Part shown: positions 1 through 9,374 of the stretch, piece by piece
Position numbering within the stretch: position 1 is the first letter of the stretch
Layout: each line of letters opens with the position of its first letter
Notes under the pieces: model-generated
Database searches by the model: none
Told to the model about the DNA's origin: nothing
What the model saw: the letters and a program-made list of their open reading frames with translations, nothing else
Made by a program: the position numbers and the translations under genes
Assembly (NCBI GenBank): GCA_965198065.1
Contig: CBDAON010000004.1
Span: forward strand, 2,784,001-2,848,000
From: Longimicrobiales bacterium
GTDB taxonomy: Bacteria > Gemmatimonadota > Gemmatimonadetes > Longimicrobiales > Gaopeijiaceae
DNA: 64,000 nucleotides
Direction of reading: 5' to 3'

Positions 1-1
1 G

Positions 2-1177
2 ATGGCGCTCAGGAGCTATGAGGAGATCCGTCCGTGGGCTCCGATGATCCGTGAGAGGGTCGCCCGCCACGAGATGCCTCCCTACGCGTATGACAGGGAC
101 GTGGGCATCCAGGATCTGCAGCAGGACTGGCGGCTTTCCGAGGAAGATATCGCGACGATCGTGGCCTGGGTCGATCAGGGCGCGGCGCTGGGCGATCCGG
201 CGAACCTGCCTCCGCCGATCCAGCTTGCGAGCGCGGATGATTGGAGGATGGCCGCCGAGTTCGGACCTCCGGACATCGTGGTCGGCACGCCGGGGATCGA
301 GGTGCCAGCGGCCGGGAACGACATGTGGTATCGGCCGCAGATGGAGACGAACCTCGCGGAGGAGCGCTGCATCAAGGCGCTGCAGGTGAAGCCCGGGGTC
401 GGCAACGCGAAGTCGGTCGTCCACCACGCCAATTCGTCGTTCCAGCTCCTGCAGGAGGATGGCACGTTCGAGAGCGCGGGTCGCTCGACCGAGTACGCGA
501 TGGGCAAGTTTGGTGAGATCCTGCCTGAGGGCACGTGCCGGACGATTCCCGCGGAGGCGTGGGTCTCCTGGGACATCCACCTCTTCCCCGGTGGGGTCGG
601 AGGAGGCGCGACGGGCGAGGCGATCGAGGGCAACGTCGTCGAGCTCGGCATCTGGCTGCACCCCGCGGATTACGAGTGGGAGTATAGGCAGACTCTGTCC
701 TCCTATGGGGACAACGGACCTTCAGGAGAGCTGGTCATGCCTCCCCACGGCACGGCCATGACGATCGGGTATCACTCGTTCGACCACCCGGTGCGGATCG
801 ACCAGTTCCAGCCCCACGGGCACCTGCGGCTGCTGCACGCGTCGCTCGAGGTCTTCTATCCGGAGACCGGGGACACCGAAGTGATCAGCATGGTCACGAA
901 CTGGAGCGCCACGTGGCATCACAGCCACATTTATGGCGAGGACTCGGCCCCGCTCATTCCGGCGGGCTCGGTTCTGATCGTCAAGCAGTGGTACGACAAC
1001 ACGGTCAATCACCCGAACAACCCCGACCCGGATCAGTGGGTCGCCGGGGGTAGCCGCACGGCCGACGAGATGTCGCACGCGTGGATCGGGATCACGCACC
1101 TGGACGAGGAGGGCTACGAGAGACTTCTCGCCGAGCGTGAGGGACGCCAGGACACGGTCGCGCAGGCCGGGAACTGA
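2..1177 (+). CDS. Copper type II (PHM/DBH-like) monooxygenase-domain protein, copy 1 (5' end outside window)
   Basis: Motifs VVHHAN, DIHLF, QPHGHL and DEMSH match the HH..H and HxH..M copper ligand pattern. Near-identical to 1481..2848. Confidence 0.7.
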   Translation: MALRSYEEIRPWAPMIRERVARHEMPPYAYDRDVGIQDLQQDWRLSEEDIATIVAWVDQGAALGDPANLPPPIQLASADDWRMAAEFGPPDIVVGTPGIEVPAAGNDMWYRPQMETNLAEERCIKALQVKPGVGNAKSVVHHANSSFQLLQEDGTFESAGRSTEYAMGKFGEILPEGTCRTIPAEAWVSWDIHLFPGGVGGGATGEAIEGNVVELGIWLHPADYEWEYRQTLSSYGDNGPSGELVMPPHGTAMTIGYHSFDHPVRIDQFQPHGHLRLLHASLEVFYPETGDTEVISMVTNWSATWHHSHIYGEDSAPLIPAGSVLIVKQWYDNTVNHPNNPDPDQWVAGGSRTADEMSHAWIGITHLDEEGYERLLAEREGRQDTVAQAGN

Positions 1178-1233
1178 TCGACCGGAGGTCGTAGCGTAGT
1201 TGCTGGTAGTTGATAGAAGTCGGGAGTTGCACG

Positions 1234-1286
1234 ATGGGGACCGGAGGAATCGCTTGAGTTGACTCGGGTGGTTCGTCGGTCCCCAT
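1234..1286 (+). terminator. Long hairpin followed by a T-rich tract
   Basis: Outer stem ATGGGGACCGG/TCGGTCCCCAT, inner stem GAATCGCTTGAG/CTCGGGTGGTTC, then TTCTTTTT. Confidence 0.5.
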
Positions 1287-1480
1287 CCGTTCTTTTTCGG
1301 GTGCGCACAGGGGCCAGACCCTGCTCGAGGGGGTCCAGAAGGCGCGTTCCGGGCTGCCATGGGGCTCGGATCGCGCCTTCCGTTCACGCGCACGTGACTC
1401 TTGTGGCCTGGGCGGTGTCGAGCCTATAATGCTACCATTCGTGGCAGTCTGTTCTGCATTCGGTTCGAGGAGGTGCAGCC

Positions 1481-2848
1481 ATGGGGGGGACGCAAGTGCA
1501 TCGGTGGGCGCTAAGGTGCCTCGGAGCGGGCACTCTGGCCGGCGCGGGGACGATCTTGCTCGGAGGGAACCTCTCCGCGCAGATGACCGGCGGGCAGGTC
1601 ACGTTTGCGGAGGACGTCGCCACCATCATCCAGGAGAACTGTCAGATCTGCCACCAGCCGGGTGGGATCGGGCCGATGGCGCTCAGGAGCTATGAGGAAA
1701 TCCGGCCGTGGGCTCCGATGATCCGTGAGAGGGTCGCCAGCCACCAGATGCCTCCCTACGCGTATGACAGGGACATTGGCATCCAGGATCTGCAGCAGGA
1801 CTGGCGGCTTTCCGAGGAAGAGATCGCGACGATCGTGGCCTGGGTCGATCAGGGCGCGGCGCTGGGCGATCCGGCGAACCTGCCTCCGCCGATCCAGCTT
1901 GCGAGCGCGGATGAGTGGAGGATGGCTGCCGAGTTCGGACCTCCGGACATCGTGGTCGGCACGCCGGGGATTATCGAGGTGCCGACGGCCGGGAACGACA
2001 TGTGGTATTCGCCGCGGATGCCGACGAACCTCGCGGAGGAGCACTGCATCAAGGCGCTGCAGGTAAAACCGGCGACCGGCAACGCGAAGTCGGTCGTCCA
2101 TCACGCGAACTCGAGCTTCATGCTCCTGCAGGAGGACGGCACGTTCGAGCGAGCGGGTCAATCGACAGAGTACGCGATGGGCAAGTTCGGTGAGATCCTT
2201 CCTGAGGGCACGTGCCGGAAGATACCCGCGGAGGCGTGGGTCTCCTGGTCCATACACCTCTTCCCCGGTGGGGTCGGGGGGGCCGCGACGGGCGAGGCGA
2301 TCGAGGGCAACATCGTCGAGCTCGGCATCTGGCTGCACCCCGAGGATTACGAGTGGGAGTACAGGCAGACTCTGTCGCTCTACGGGCGCAACCAGGGGGA
2401 GTTGGTCATGCCTCCTCACGGCACGGCCATGACGACCGGGTTTCACTCATTCGACCACCCGGTGCGGATCGACCAGTACCAGCCCCACGGGCACCTGCGG
2501 CTGCTGCACGCGTCGCTCGAGATCTTCTATCCGGAGACCGGGGACACCGAAGTGATCAGCATGATCTCGAACTGGAGCGCCACGTGGCATCACAGCCACA
2601 TTTATGGCGAGGACTCGGCCCCGCTCGTTCCGGCGGGCGCGATTCTGATCGTCAAGCAGTGGTACGACAACACGGTCAATCACCCGAACAACCCCGACCC
2701 GGATCAGTGGGTCGCCGGGGGTAGCCGCACGGCCGACGAGATGTCGCACGCGTGGATCGGGCTTACCCACCTGGACGAGGAGGGCTACGAGAGACTTCTC
2801 GCCGAGCGTGAGGGGCGCCAGGACACGGTCGCGCAAGCGGGGAACTGA
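1481..2848 (+). CDS. Secreted cytochrome c (CxxCH) plus PHM-like copper monooxygenase-domain protein, copy 2
   Basis: Signal-like N-terminus, CQICH heme motif, and the same Cu ligand motifs (HH, H, HGH, DEM). Confidence 0.75.
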   Translation: MGGTQVHRWALRCLGAGTLAGAGTILLGGNLSAQMTGGQVTFAEDVATIIQENCQICHQPGGIGPMALRSYEEIRPWAPMIRERVASHQMPPYAYDRDIGIQDLQQDWRLSEEEIATIVAWVDQGAALGDPANLPPPIQLASADEWRMAAEFGPPDIVVGTPGIIEVPTAGNDMWYSPRMPTNLAEEHCIKALQVKPATGNAKSVVHHANSSFMLLQEDGTFERAGQSTEYAMGKFGEILPEGTCRKIPAEAWVSWSIHLFPGGVGGAATGEAIEGNIVELGIWLHPEDYEWEYRQTLSLYGRNQGELVMPPHGTAMTTGFHSFDHPVRIDQYQPHGHLRLLHASLEIFYPETGDTEVISMISNWSATWHHSHIYGEDSAPLVPAGAILIVKQWYDNTVNHPNNPDPDQWVAGGSRTADEMSHAWIGLTHLDEEGYERLLAEREGRQDTVAQAGN

Positions 2849-2889
2849 CTCACAGGGAGTTGTCTCTTTTGGGGTTGGAGTTGCACTAT

Positions 2890-2935
2890 GGGGGCCGAAG
2901 GAGTCGCCTGAGCTGCCTCGGGCCCTTCGGTCCCC
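2890..2935 (+). other. Intergenic hairpin homologous to 1234..1286
   Basis: 12-bp stem GGGGGCCGAAGG/CCTTCGGTCCCC with inner stem GCCTGAG/CTCGGGC. Confidence 0.5.
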
Positions 2936-2977
2936 GTGTTGTTTGTTAGCCTGCGCTGCACGCGCAAAGGAGTCTCC

Positions 2978-3955
2978 ATGAAGCGGTCTCGCACAACCCG
3001 TGGCGTGGTGGCGGTTACGCTCCTCCTCTGCGCCGGCTCGGCGCTGGAAGAGGCCCTGGAAGCCCAAGCCATGCCTCTCCGACCCAATCCGCCGAGCGGG
3101 TACCCGATCGCCCCGTTCTTGGAGGGGTGGTACGACAACGGCGACGGGACGTACACGTTCTCCTTCGGCTATCTCAATCGGAACGAGGACGTTATCGAGA
3201 TCCCCATCGGCGAGGACAACTTCATCGAGCCGGCGCAGTTCAACGGGATGCAGCCGACGGTGTTCGACACCGGACATCCCCGGGGGGTCTGGACTGTGAC
3301 GCTTCCGGCGGACATGGCCGGAACGGACGTGTGGTGGACGATCCGGACCCCCGACGGCCTGGAGGCGCGGGTGCCAGGGCGGCACACTGCCGCCGCGTAC
3401 CAGCTGGACAAATATCCGCGGCCGCACGGCACGGTGGCCCCGCTCGTTTCGTTCGAGGAGGGTGGTGACACCGGTCAGTATCCGTCCGGGATCGTGTGGG
3501 ACGGCACGCAGCAGGCGAGGGTCGGGGAGCTCCTGACGCTCTCGGTGAATGTGCAGGACATATCCGTTCGCGATCCGAACGACCCCCGCGCCCCGGATGA
3601 GCCGCCATCGATCACGGCGACGTGGTCCAAGCATCAGGGTCCGCCGGGCGAGATCGAATGGGTCCGACACCCGTCGACTCCGGAGCCCGAGCCACCGGAG
3701 GACGACGGGCGCGCGGGAGGCGCCGGCGGTCGTGGGGGGGGAGGTGGGTTTGGACGCGGTGGCGGTCCTCCGCCTCCAGAGCGTATCGAGGTCGACGGGC
3801 CCGGCGGTACGGCGCTCGTACAGGCTCGCTTTCCCGCGCCCGGCGAGTACCTGCTCAGGGTCCAGGCGGACCAGTTCAGCTCGGCCCGGGACAGCAGCGG
3901 GGGTGACCAGTGCTGCTGGACGAACGGGTACGTGAGGGTCGTCGCGACCCCGTAG
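2978..3955 (+). CDS. Secreted hypothetical protein with a Gly-rich insert
   Basis: AAGGAG RBS before the ATG, signal peptide, C-terminal QCCWTNGYV, GC3-biased codons. Confidence 0.75.
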   Translation: MKRSRTTRGVVAVTLLLCAGSALEEALEAQAMPLRPNPPSGYPIAPFLEGWYDNGDGTYTFSFGYLNRNEDVIEIPIGEDNFIEPAQFNGMQPTVFDTGHPRGVWTVTLPADMAGTDVWWTIRTPDGLEARVPGRHTAAAYQLDKYPRPHGTVAPLVSFEEGGDTGQYPSGIVWDGTQQARVGELLTLSVNVQDISVRDPNDPRAPDEPPSITATWSKHQGPPGEIEWVRHPSTPEPEPPEDDGRAGGAGGRGGGGGFGRGGGPPPPERIEVDGPGGTALVQARFPAPGEYLLRVQADQFSSARDSSGGDQCCWTNGYVRVVATP

Positions 3956-4036
3956 GCGCGCCCACGGGGATGGACGCGGGAAGTAAGTGAGTGTGTGAGC
4001 AAGTTGTCCAGTCCTAACGTCTCAGGGAGGAAAACC

Positions 4037-6106
4037 ATGGTTCCGGACCGCGCCGTATGGCGAAGCCTCGGTCCCCTCGCCTGTATGGTCGCGGCGTGGC
4101 TCGTGCTACCGCTCGGGCCCGTCGAGGGGTCGGCGCAGGATCGAGGGTCTCCGTTTGGAGAGTGGCGTTACCAGAGCGGGGAAGCGTGGGGGACGCGCTA
4201 CTCGCCACTGACGCAAATCAACGCGTCGAACTTCGAGAACCTAGAGATCGCCTGGCTGTTCCGTGGAGACAACTTCGGGCCGAACATCTCGACGCAATCG
4301 CGCTCGACGCCCGTGTACGTGGACGGGAAGCTGTACACGGTGGTGGGATACCGGCGGCAGGTGGTGTCACTGGATCCGGGGAACGGGGAGATTCTGTGGA
4401 CGTTCCGGGAGCCGGACACGGAGCGGTTCCACCGCTCGATGCGGGCGAACTACGGCAAGGGTGTAGCGTACGGAGAGCTCGATGGCCGCGGGGTCATCTA
4501 CATCACGACGCCGGCGTTCTTCCTATGGGCGCTGGATGCCGAGACCGGGCAGCCGCTGGAGAACTGGGGGACGCCGGTGCCGCTACCGGGGTGGCCTCAG
4601 ACGGGCGTGGTGGACCTGCTCCCGGACCTGATTGCGGACTGGGGTCCATGGCAGAATTGGGGCGAGCCCTACGACCCGGACTACGGGATCCCGCGTGAGC
4701 TGGGCTACATCACGAACTCCTCACCGCCGATCGTGGTGAACGGGGTGGTGGTGGTCGGAAACTCGGCGGAGCAGGGCTACAACCAGACTCGGATCGAGAA
4801 CGTGCCGGGCGACATCCTGGGCTACGACTCGGGCACGGGGGAGTACATGTGGAAGTTCCACATGATTCCCAGGCCCGGGGAGTTCGGGCACGACACGTGG
4901 GAGAACGATGCCTGGGAGTGGACGGGTGACGTCTCTTCTTGGTCGCCCATGGCGGCCGACAACGAGCGGGGGATCGCGTACTTCGCGACGAACCCGCCGA
5001 CGATCGACTACTTTGGTGGATTCCGGCCGGGGGCGAACCTGTTCGGCACGAGCATCATGGCGCTGAACGTGCAGACGGGCGAACGGGTGTGGCACTTCCA
5101 GACGGTGCACAACGACCAGTGGAACTACGACATGCCGAACGTCCCGATCCTGGCGAACCTGAACGTGCCAGGGCAAGGGGAGATCCCGGCGTTGATCCAG
5201 ACGTCTAAGCAGGGGTTCATCTACACGTTCAACCGCGAGACCGGTGAGCCGGTGTGGCCGATCGAGGAGCGGCCGGTCCAGCAGACCGAGGTACCGGGCA
5301 ACTGGACGTCGCCTACGCAGCCGTATCCGACGAGGCCGGAGCCGTTCGAGGAAGTGACGATGGGAGGGCTCACGAACAACCCGGACCGGATCATCGACTT
5401 CACGCCCGAGCTGAGGGCGGAGGCGATGGCGATCCTGGAGAACTACCGGGTCGGCGGGCCGTACATGCCGCGCCTGTACGTAGGGCATGACGCGGGGGTG
5501 GAGGCCAACATCCGCTGCTCCGGCGGGCTCAACATCGGACATCCCGCGGTCTTCGACCCGACGACGAACACGCTGTACGCGTCGCACGGACCGGGATGTG
5601 GTGGAGGGTTCGTCATGCCGGGAATCGAGGCGGACGTGGCGGACGATCCGGGCACGACCGGGACCACGATCTCGGAGTGGGTGGCGGGACCCGGCGGCGG
5701 GCTGCCGCAGGTGCAGGGGCTTCCGATATGGAAGCCGCCCTACAACCGGCTCTCCGCGTACAACATGAACACCGGGGATCGCATGTGGTGGATCCCGATC
5801 GGTGAAGTGTCCGAGCAGATCCGGGACAACCCGGTCCTCCAGGGCGTGGACACCTCGCAGTTTGGAGGCGGGGGCAGCGCGGTCATGATGGTCATGGGCG
5901 ACCTGCTGCTCACGACGGGGTTCAGCGAGCCCGTGCTCCAGGCCCACGACAAGCGCACGGGTGAGGTGGTCGGCAGGGTCGACATTCCCGTCGAGGGTTC
6001 GTACGGGATGATGACGTACATGTACGACGGCGCGCAGTACGTGGTCGTGCAGATCGGGGGGTCGGAGTACCCGAGTTCCCTGGTGACGCTCAGGCTGGAC
6101 AACTAA
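4037..6106 (+). CDS. PQQ-dependent (quinoprotein glucose/quinate dehydrogenase-like) beta-propeller enzyme
   Basis: RYSPLTQINASN, VWHFQTVHNDQWNYD and FNRETGEPVWPIEERPV motifs; GGAGG RBS. Confidence 0.85.
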   Translation: MVPDRAVWRSLGPLACMVAAWLVLPLGPVEGSAQDRGSPFGEWRYQSGEAWGTRYSPLTQINASNFENLEIAWLFRGDNFGPNISTQSRSTPVYVDGKLYTVVGYRRQVVSLDPGNGEILWTFREPDTERFHRSMRANYGKGVAYGELDGRGVIYITTPAFFLWALDAETGQPLENWGTPVPLPGWPQTGVVDLLPDLIADWGPWQNWGEPYDPDYGIPRELGYITNSSPPIVVNGVVVVGNSAEQGYNQTRIENVPGDILGYDSGTGEYMWKFHMIPRPGEFGHDTWENDAWEWTGDVSSWSPMAADNERGIAYFATNPPTIDYFGGFRPGANLFGTSIMALNVQTGERVWHFQTVHNDQWNYDMPNVPILANLNVPGQGEIPALIQTSKQGFIYTFNRETGEPVWPIEERPVQQTEVPGNWTSPTQPYPTRPEPFEEVTMGGLTNNPDRIIDFTPELRAEAMAILENYRVGGPYMPRLYVGHDAGVEANIRCSGGLNIGHPAVFDPTTNTLYASHGPGCGGGFVMPGIEADVADDPGTTGTTISEWVAGPGGGLPQVQGLPIWKPPYNRLSAYNMNTGDRMWWIPIGEVSEQIRDNPVLQGVDTSQFGGGGSAVMMVMGDLLLTTGFSEPVLQAHDKRTGEVVGRVDIPVEGSYGMMTYMYDGAQYVVVQIGGSEYPSSLVTLRLDN

Positions 6107-6135
6107 CGAGCCAGCGGGGCCAAGAGCGCAGTGGG

Positions 6136-6171
6136 GAAGCCCCCCGGGGACGGAAGTCCTCGGGGGGCTTC
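6136..6171 (+). terminator. GC-rich stem-loop, probable intrinsic terminator
   Basis: GAAGCCCCCCGGGGAC-GGAA-GTCCTCGGGGGGCTTC, 30 nt after the stop codon. Confidence 0.7.
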
Positions 6172-6304
6172 TTCGTGTGTCCCGAGCTATGCGACGGGCT
6201 CGGTTGGCCCGATCGAGCATGGCAGCGCGGATCGAGGATGGCTGTTCCTAGCACGCGTATGCGGGTGCGTGCCGCGCCCCGCCCTTCCAAGTGGGTAGGG
6301 AACC

Positions 6305-7000
6305 ATGGAGACAAGACGGTTCCTCGTCACTGGCGGCAGCCGGGGGATCGGCGCCGCCCTCGTCGAGCAGGCCCGGAACGCCGGGCACCAAGTGGTCTTT
6401 ACAGGCCGCGACCAAGAGCGGATCGAGAAGGTCGCCTCCGAGACTGGGGCCGTCGGGATCCGCGCAGACGTGGCGGTCGCCGAGGACAATGCCCGGACGG
6501 TTGCCGAGTGCGTGGAGCGCATGGGAGGCATCGACGTTCTGGTGAACAACGCGGGGTACGCCTACCGGGCCGAGATCGGGGATCTGGACCTGGACGCCAT
6601 GCGAAGGATGTTCGATGTGAACGTCTTCGGCCTGGTCGACATCACGGACCGCGTCGTGCCGCTCATGAAGGAACGGGGGGAGGGCGATATCGTGAACATC
6701 GCCTCGACGTCCGGAATGAAGGGTGGGCCAGGGGGTACGTCCTACGGCGCGAGCAAATGGGCTCTGCGGGGCATCACCCAGTCCTGGCAGGCCGAGCTGC
6801 GACCGCAGGGCATCCGCGCGATCTGCGTATGCCCTTCGGAAGTGCAGACGGATTTCGACGGGAAGACCGGTCGGAACAATCCCAACAAGCTCTTCGCCCG
6901 GGACATCGCCGCCACCATCATGGCCGCCGTGGACATGCCCCGCCGTGCCCTGTGGCCGGAGCTCGCCGTGTTCGCCGCAAATCCCTGGAAGGAGGGGTGA
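6305..7000 (+). CDS. Short-chain dehydrogenase/reductase
   Basis: TGGSRGIG, NNAG and YGASK motifs. Confidence 0.9.
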   Translation: METRRFLVTGGSRGIGAALVEQARNAGHQVVFTGRDQERIEKVASETGAVGIRADVAVAEDNARTVAECVERMGGIDVLVNNAGYAYRAEIGDLDLDAMRRMFDVNVFGLVDITDRVVPLMKERGEGDIVNIASTSGMKGGPGGTSYGASKWALRGITQSWQAELRPQGIRAICVCPSEVQTDFDGKTGRNNPNKLFARDIAATIMAAVDMPRRALWPELAVFAANPWKEG

Positions 7001-7249
7001 GGGCCGGCTCGGCCGGCGGCATGAAGTGTCGCATTCCTGACGCCGGGCCCGGCGCGCGTATGCCCGGGTCGGGGCCGGTCCGGGGACGAGGCGGTAGCCC
7101 GCGTTCTTTATTGACCTGTGGGGTTCGGCGCCGCTAAGTTTCAGCTACTTACCCCCGCTTGGCGGGGCCCCGGAACGATCGGCCTGAGTTGGCGGTAGTT
7201 CAGCTGATCGCGCTCCGCGCTGGGGGTTGAAATCAGGAGGTTTGCTGCC

Positions 7250-7978
7250 GTGAGCACTGTCCGTGTTACCCGGTTCGTATTTAGCCTGGGGATGCTCGCT
7301 CTGGCAGTCGTGCCGGCTCTCGGCATGGCGCAAGAGTCGGTAGAGCCGGTGCGACTTCTCGGTGCCGTGTCGGATGAGCGGACCGAGTTCCCCATCTCAA
7401 ACGCCGTGGTGTCGATCGTCGGCACCTCCATTCAGACCCGGACGGCTGCGGATGGCTGGTTCACTCTTCCGGACGCGCCTGTCGGGCCCATTACAGTGCG
7501 GGTTCAGGCTCAGGGTTACCCGGTCATGGTGGAGGACATCGAGGTTCCCGTCGATCAGATCCTCTTGGTCCACTTCATGGTTCCCGGGATCGATGCGGTT
7601 CTCGAGGGCCTTCTCGTGTTGGGAACGCCTCAGGGGGGCCGGGACGTGAGTGACCACGCGCCCGCGACTGCGCTGGACCTGCTGGCGGAGGAGATCCCCG
7701 GGATCCGCTTCCGTCACGGTGACGTCGGGAGGACCGACTACCAGATCCTTCTCCGCGGAGCGAGCAGCTTCATGGCGAACGGCGAGCCCTGGGTGTTCGT
7801 GGACGGGGTTCGGCTGTCGGGTGAGCTGGGGGATGCCTTCCAGCTCCTGAACGAGATTCCGGCGGCCGAGGTGAGCGACATCCAGGTTCTCAGAGGTCCG
7901 GCGGCCGCCTTCATAGAAGGGTCCGCGAACGGGGCCATTCTGGTGGAGACGCGGAGGGGTCGGGCTACCGATCGTTGA
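7250..7978 (+). CDS. Carboxypeptidase-regulatory-like domain plus TonB-dependent receptor plug domain, no barrel
   Basis: Signal peptide, LRGASS..EPWVFVDGV and IQVLRGPAAA..SANGAILVETRRG plug motifs. Confidence 0.75.
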   Translation: MSTVRVTRFVFSLGMLALAVVPALGMAQESVEPVRLLGAVSDERTEFPISNAVVSIVGTSIQTRTAADGWFTLPDAPVGPITVRVQAQGYPVMVEDIEVPVDQILLVHFMVPGIDAVLEGLLVLGTPQGGRDVSDHAPATALDLLAEEIPGIRFRHGDVGRTDYQILLRGASSFMANGEPWVFVDGVRLSGELGDAFQLLNEIPAAEVSDIQVLRGPAAAFIEGSANGAILVETRRGRATDR

Positions 7979-8018
7979 ACGTCATCCGACGTCCCCGCTG
8001 GATCGGACTACGCTCCCG

Positions 8019-9374
8019 CTAGATCGGAGCGCTTCCCTGAGGTGACCCGGCCCCGAGGGGTAGAGCCAGCGTAGCGACACAACCGGACCGGTCGGGTCGG
8101 TTGGCCAGCGACAGGGATCCCCCGTGAGCCTCGGCAATGTCCCGGCTCAGCACGAGGCCGATCCCGGACCCGCCCCGCTTCGTGGTGAAGAACGGCACGA
8201 ACAGGTTCTCGGTGGAGGCCAGCCCGGGACCCTCGTCTTGGATCCGCACCACGAGTTGGTCTCGCTTCACTGACCAGCGGACCTCGACCCCCTCCCTGCG
8301 GTCGCCAGTCGCCTCCACCGCGTTGCGGGTCAAGTTGATCAGCAGCTGATTGAGTTGGTCCTGGTCGGCCTCGAGTGATACGTCCGGCCCGGCCACCACG
8401 CGCACGGGGAGTCGGGGTTCGAGCCGGGCCACTCCGGTGACCCACTCCCGTACGTCCAGCTCCTGCTTCTGCGGGGGCGGGAGCCGAGCCCAACGCGCGT
8501 ACGAGGTCATGAACCGGCCCAGGGAGTCCGAACGGGCCGAGATGACCCCTAGCCCGTCTCGCAGGTCCGCGTCCCGGTCCACGGGCGGAGGGTCGCGCCC
8601 GAGCAGATCCTGGAGGCTTCCCGAAATGGATCGGATCGGCGCCAGGGAGTTGTTGATCTCGTGGCTCAGGACCCGCACGAGCCGGCGCCATGCCTCCCGC
8701 TCCTCCTGTCTGAGCGCGCGGCTCACGTCCGCGATCACGAGGAGCCGGTGGGGGCGCCCCTCCTGGCGAAACGTTCCCCTACGCACGTCGAAGCGTCCCT
8801 CGGCCAAGGGGCCGACCTGATCCACCGTGGTGGGGCCGTCCAGCTCCAGCAGCTCCCGGATGCCGGCCTCTCCCGCGGTGAGGCCCTCGAGCTCCTCCAT
8901 CGGCTGGCCGAGGAGCTCGGCACCCCAGCGGTTCACGAAGCGGATCCGGTCCCCGTCGTCCACAGCAAGGATGGCTACGTCCACCTCGGCTAGAACGGCC
9001 CGGAGGAGCGCCCCGGCCTCCACTCCCCCGAGGCGGCTCTCGGCGAGCCCCTCCGCGAACGCGTTCAACTCCGAAAATGCGAGCCCTGCCGGGTCCTCGG
9101 GCACGCCTCCGCGGATGCGAGTGGAATAATCCCCGACCCGGAGGGCGCCCAGGGCGTTCGCGAGGGTCTCGAGCGGCCGCCGGTAGAGCGCGGCCGCCGC
9201 CGAGGCCAGCGCCACGCACGTCCAGACCAGAACGGCCGATCCGAGCCACCGCGCGAGATCGGGCAGGTCCACCCGCCACAGGAGGACGATCGCGACCGCG
9301 GTGGCCGGAAGGCCGGCCGCGAGGCAGAGGATGAAGATTCCGAGGTCGGAGCGGAGCCTCCGCCACACACTCAT
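8019..9374 (-). CDS. Sensor histidine kinase (NtrY-like)
   Basis: Two TM segments, H-box LSHEINNSL, NLTRNA, DEGPG and GSGIGL boxes. Confidence 0.9.
   Translation of the reverse strand: MSVWRRLRSDLGIFILCLAAGLPATAVAIVLLWRVDLPDLARWLGSAVLVWTCVALASAAAALYRRPLETLANALGALRVGDYSTRIRGGVPEDPAGLAFSELNAFAEGLAESRLGGVEAGALLRAVLAEVDVAILAVDDGDRIRFVNRWGAELLGQPMEELEGLTAGEAGIRELLELDGPTTVDQVGPLAEGRFDVRRGTFRQEGRPHRLLVIADVSRALRQEEREAWRRLVRVLSHEINNSLAPIRSISGSLQDLLGRDPPPVDRDADLRDGLGVISARSDSLGRFMTSYARWARLPPPQKQELDVREWVTGVARLEPRLPVRVVAGPDVSLEADQDQLNQLLINLTRNAVEATGDRREGVEVRWSVKRDQLVVRIQDEGPGLASTENLFVPFFTTKRGGSGIGLVLSRDIAEAHGGSLSLANRPDRSGCVATLALPLGAGSPQGSAPI

Noticed and set aside
3715..3770. Gly-rich G-run as a contingency locus
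   Set aside because: It is an in-frame low-complexity GGRGG linker with no sign of slippage.
4721..6220. Long antisense or alternate-frame ORFs (also 21180..22583, 45243..47441, 54009..56267)
   Set aside because: These are shadows of high-GC coding genes, Arg/Pro-rich and without motifs.
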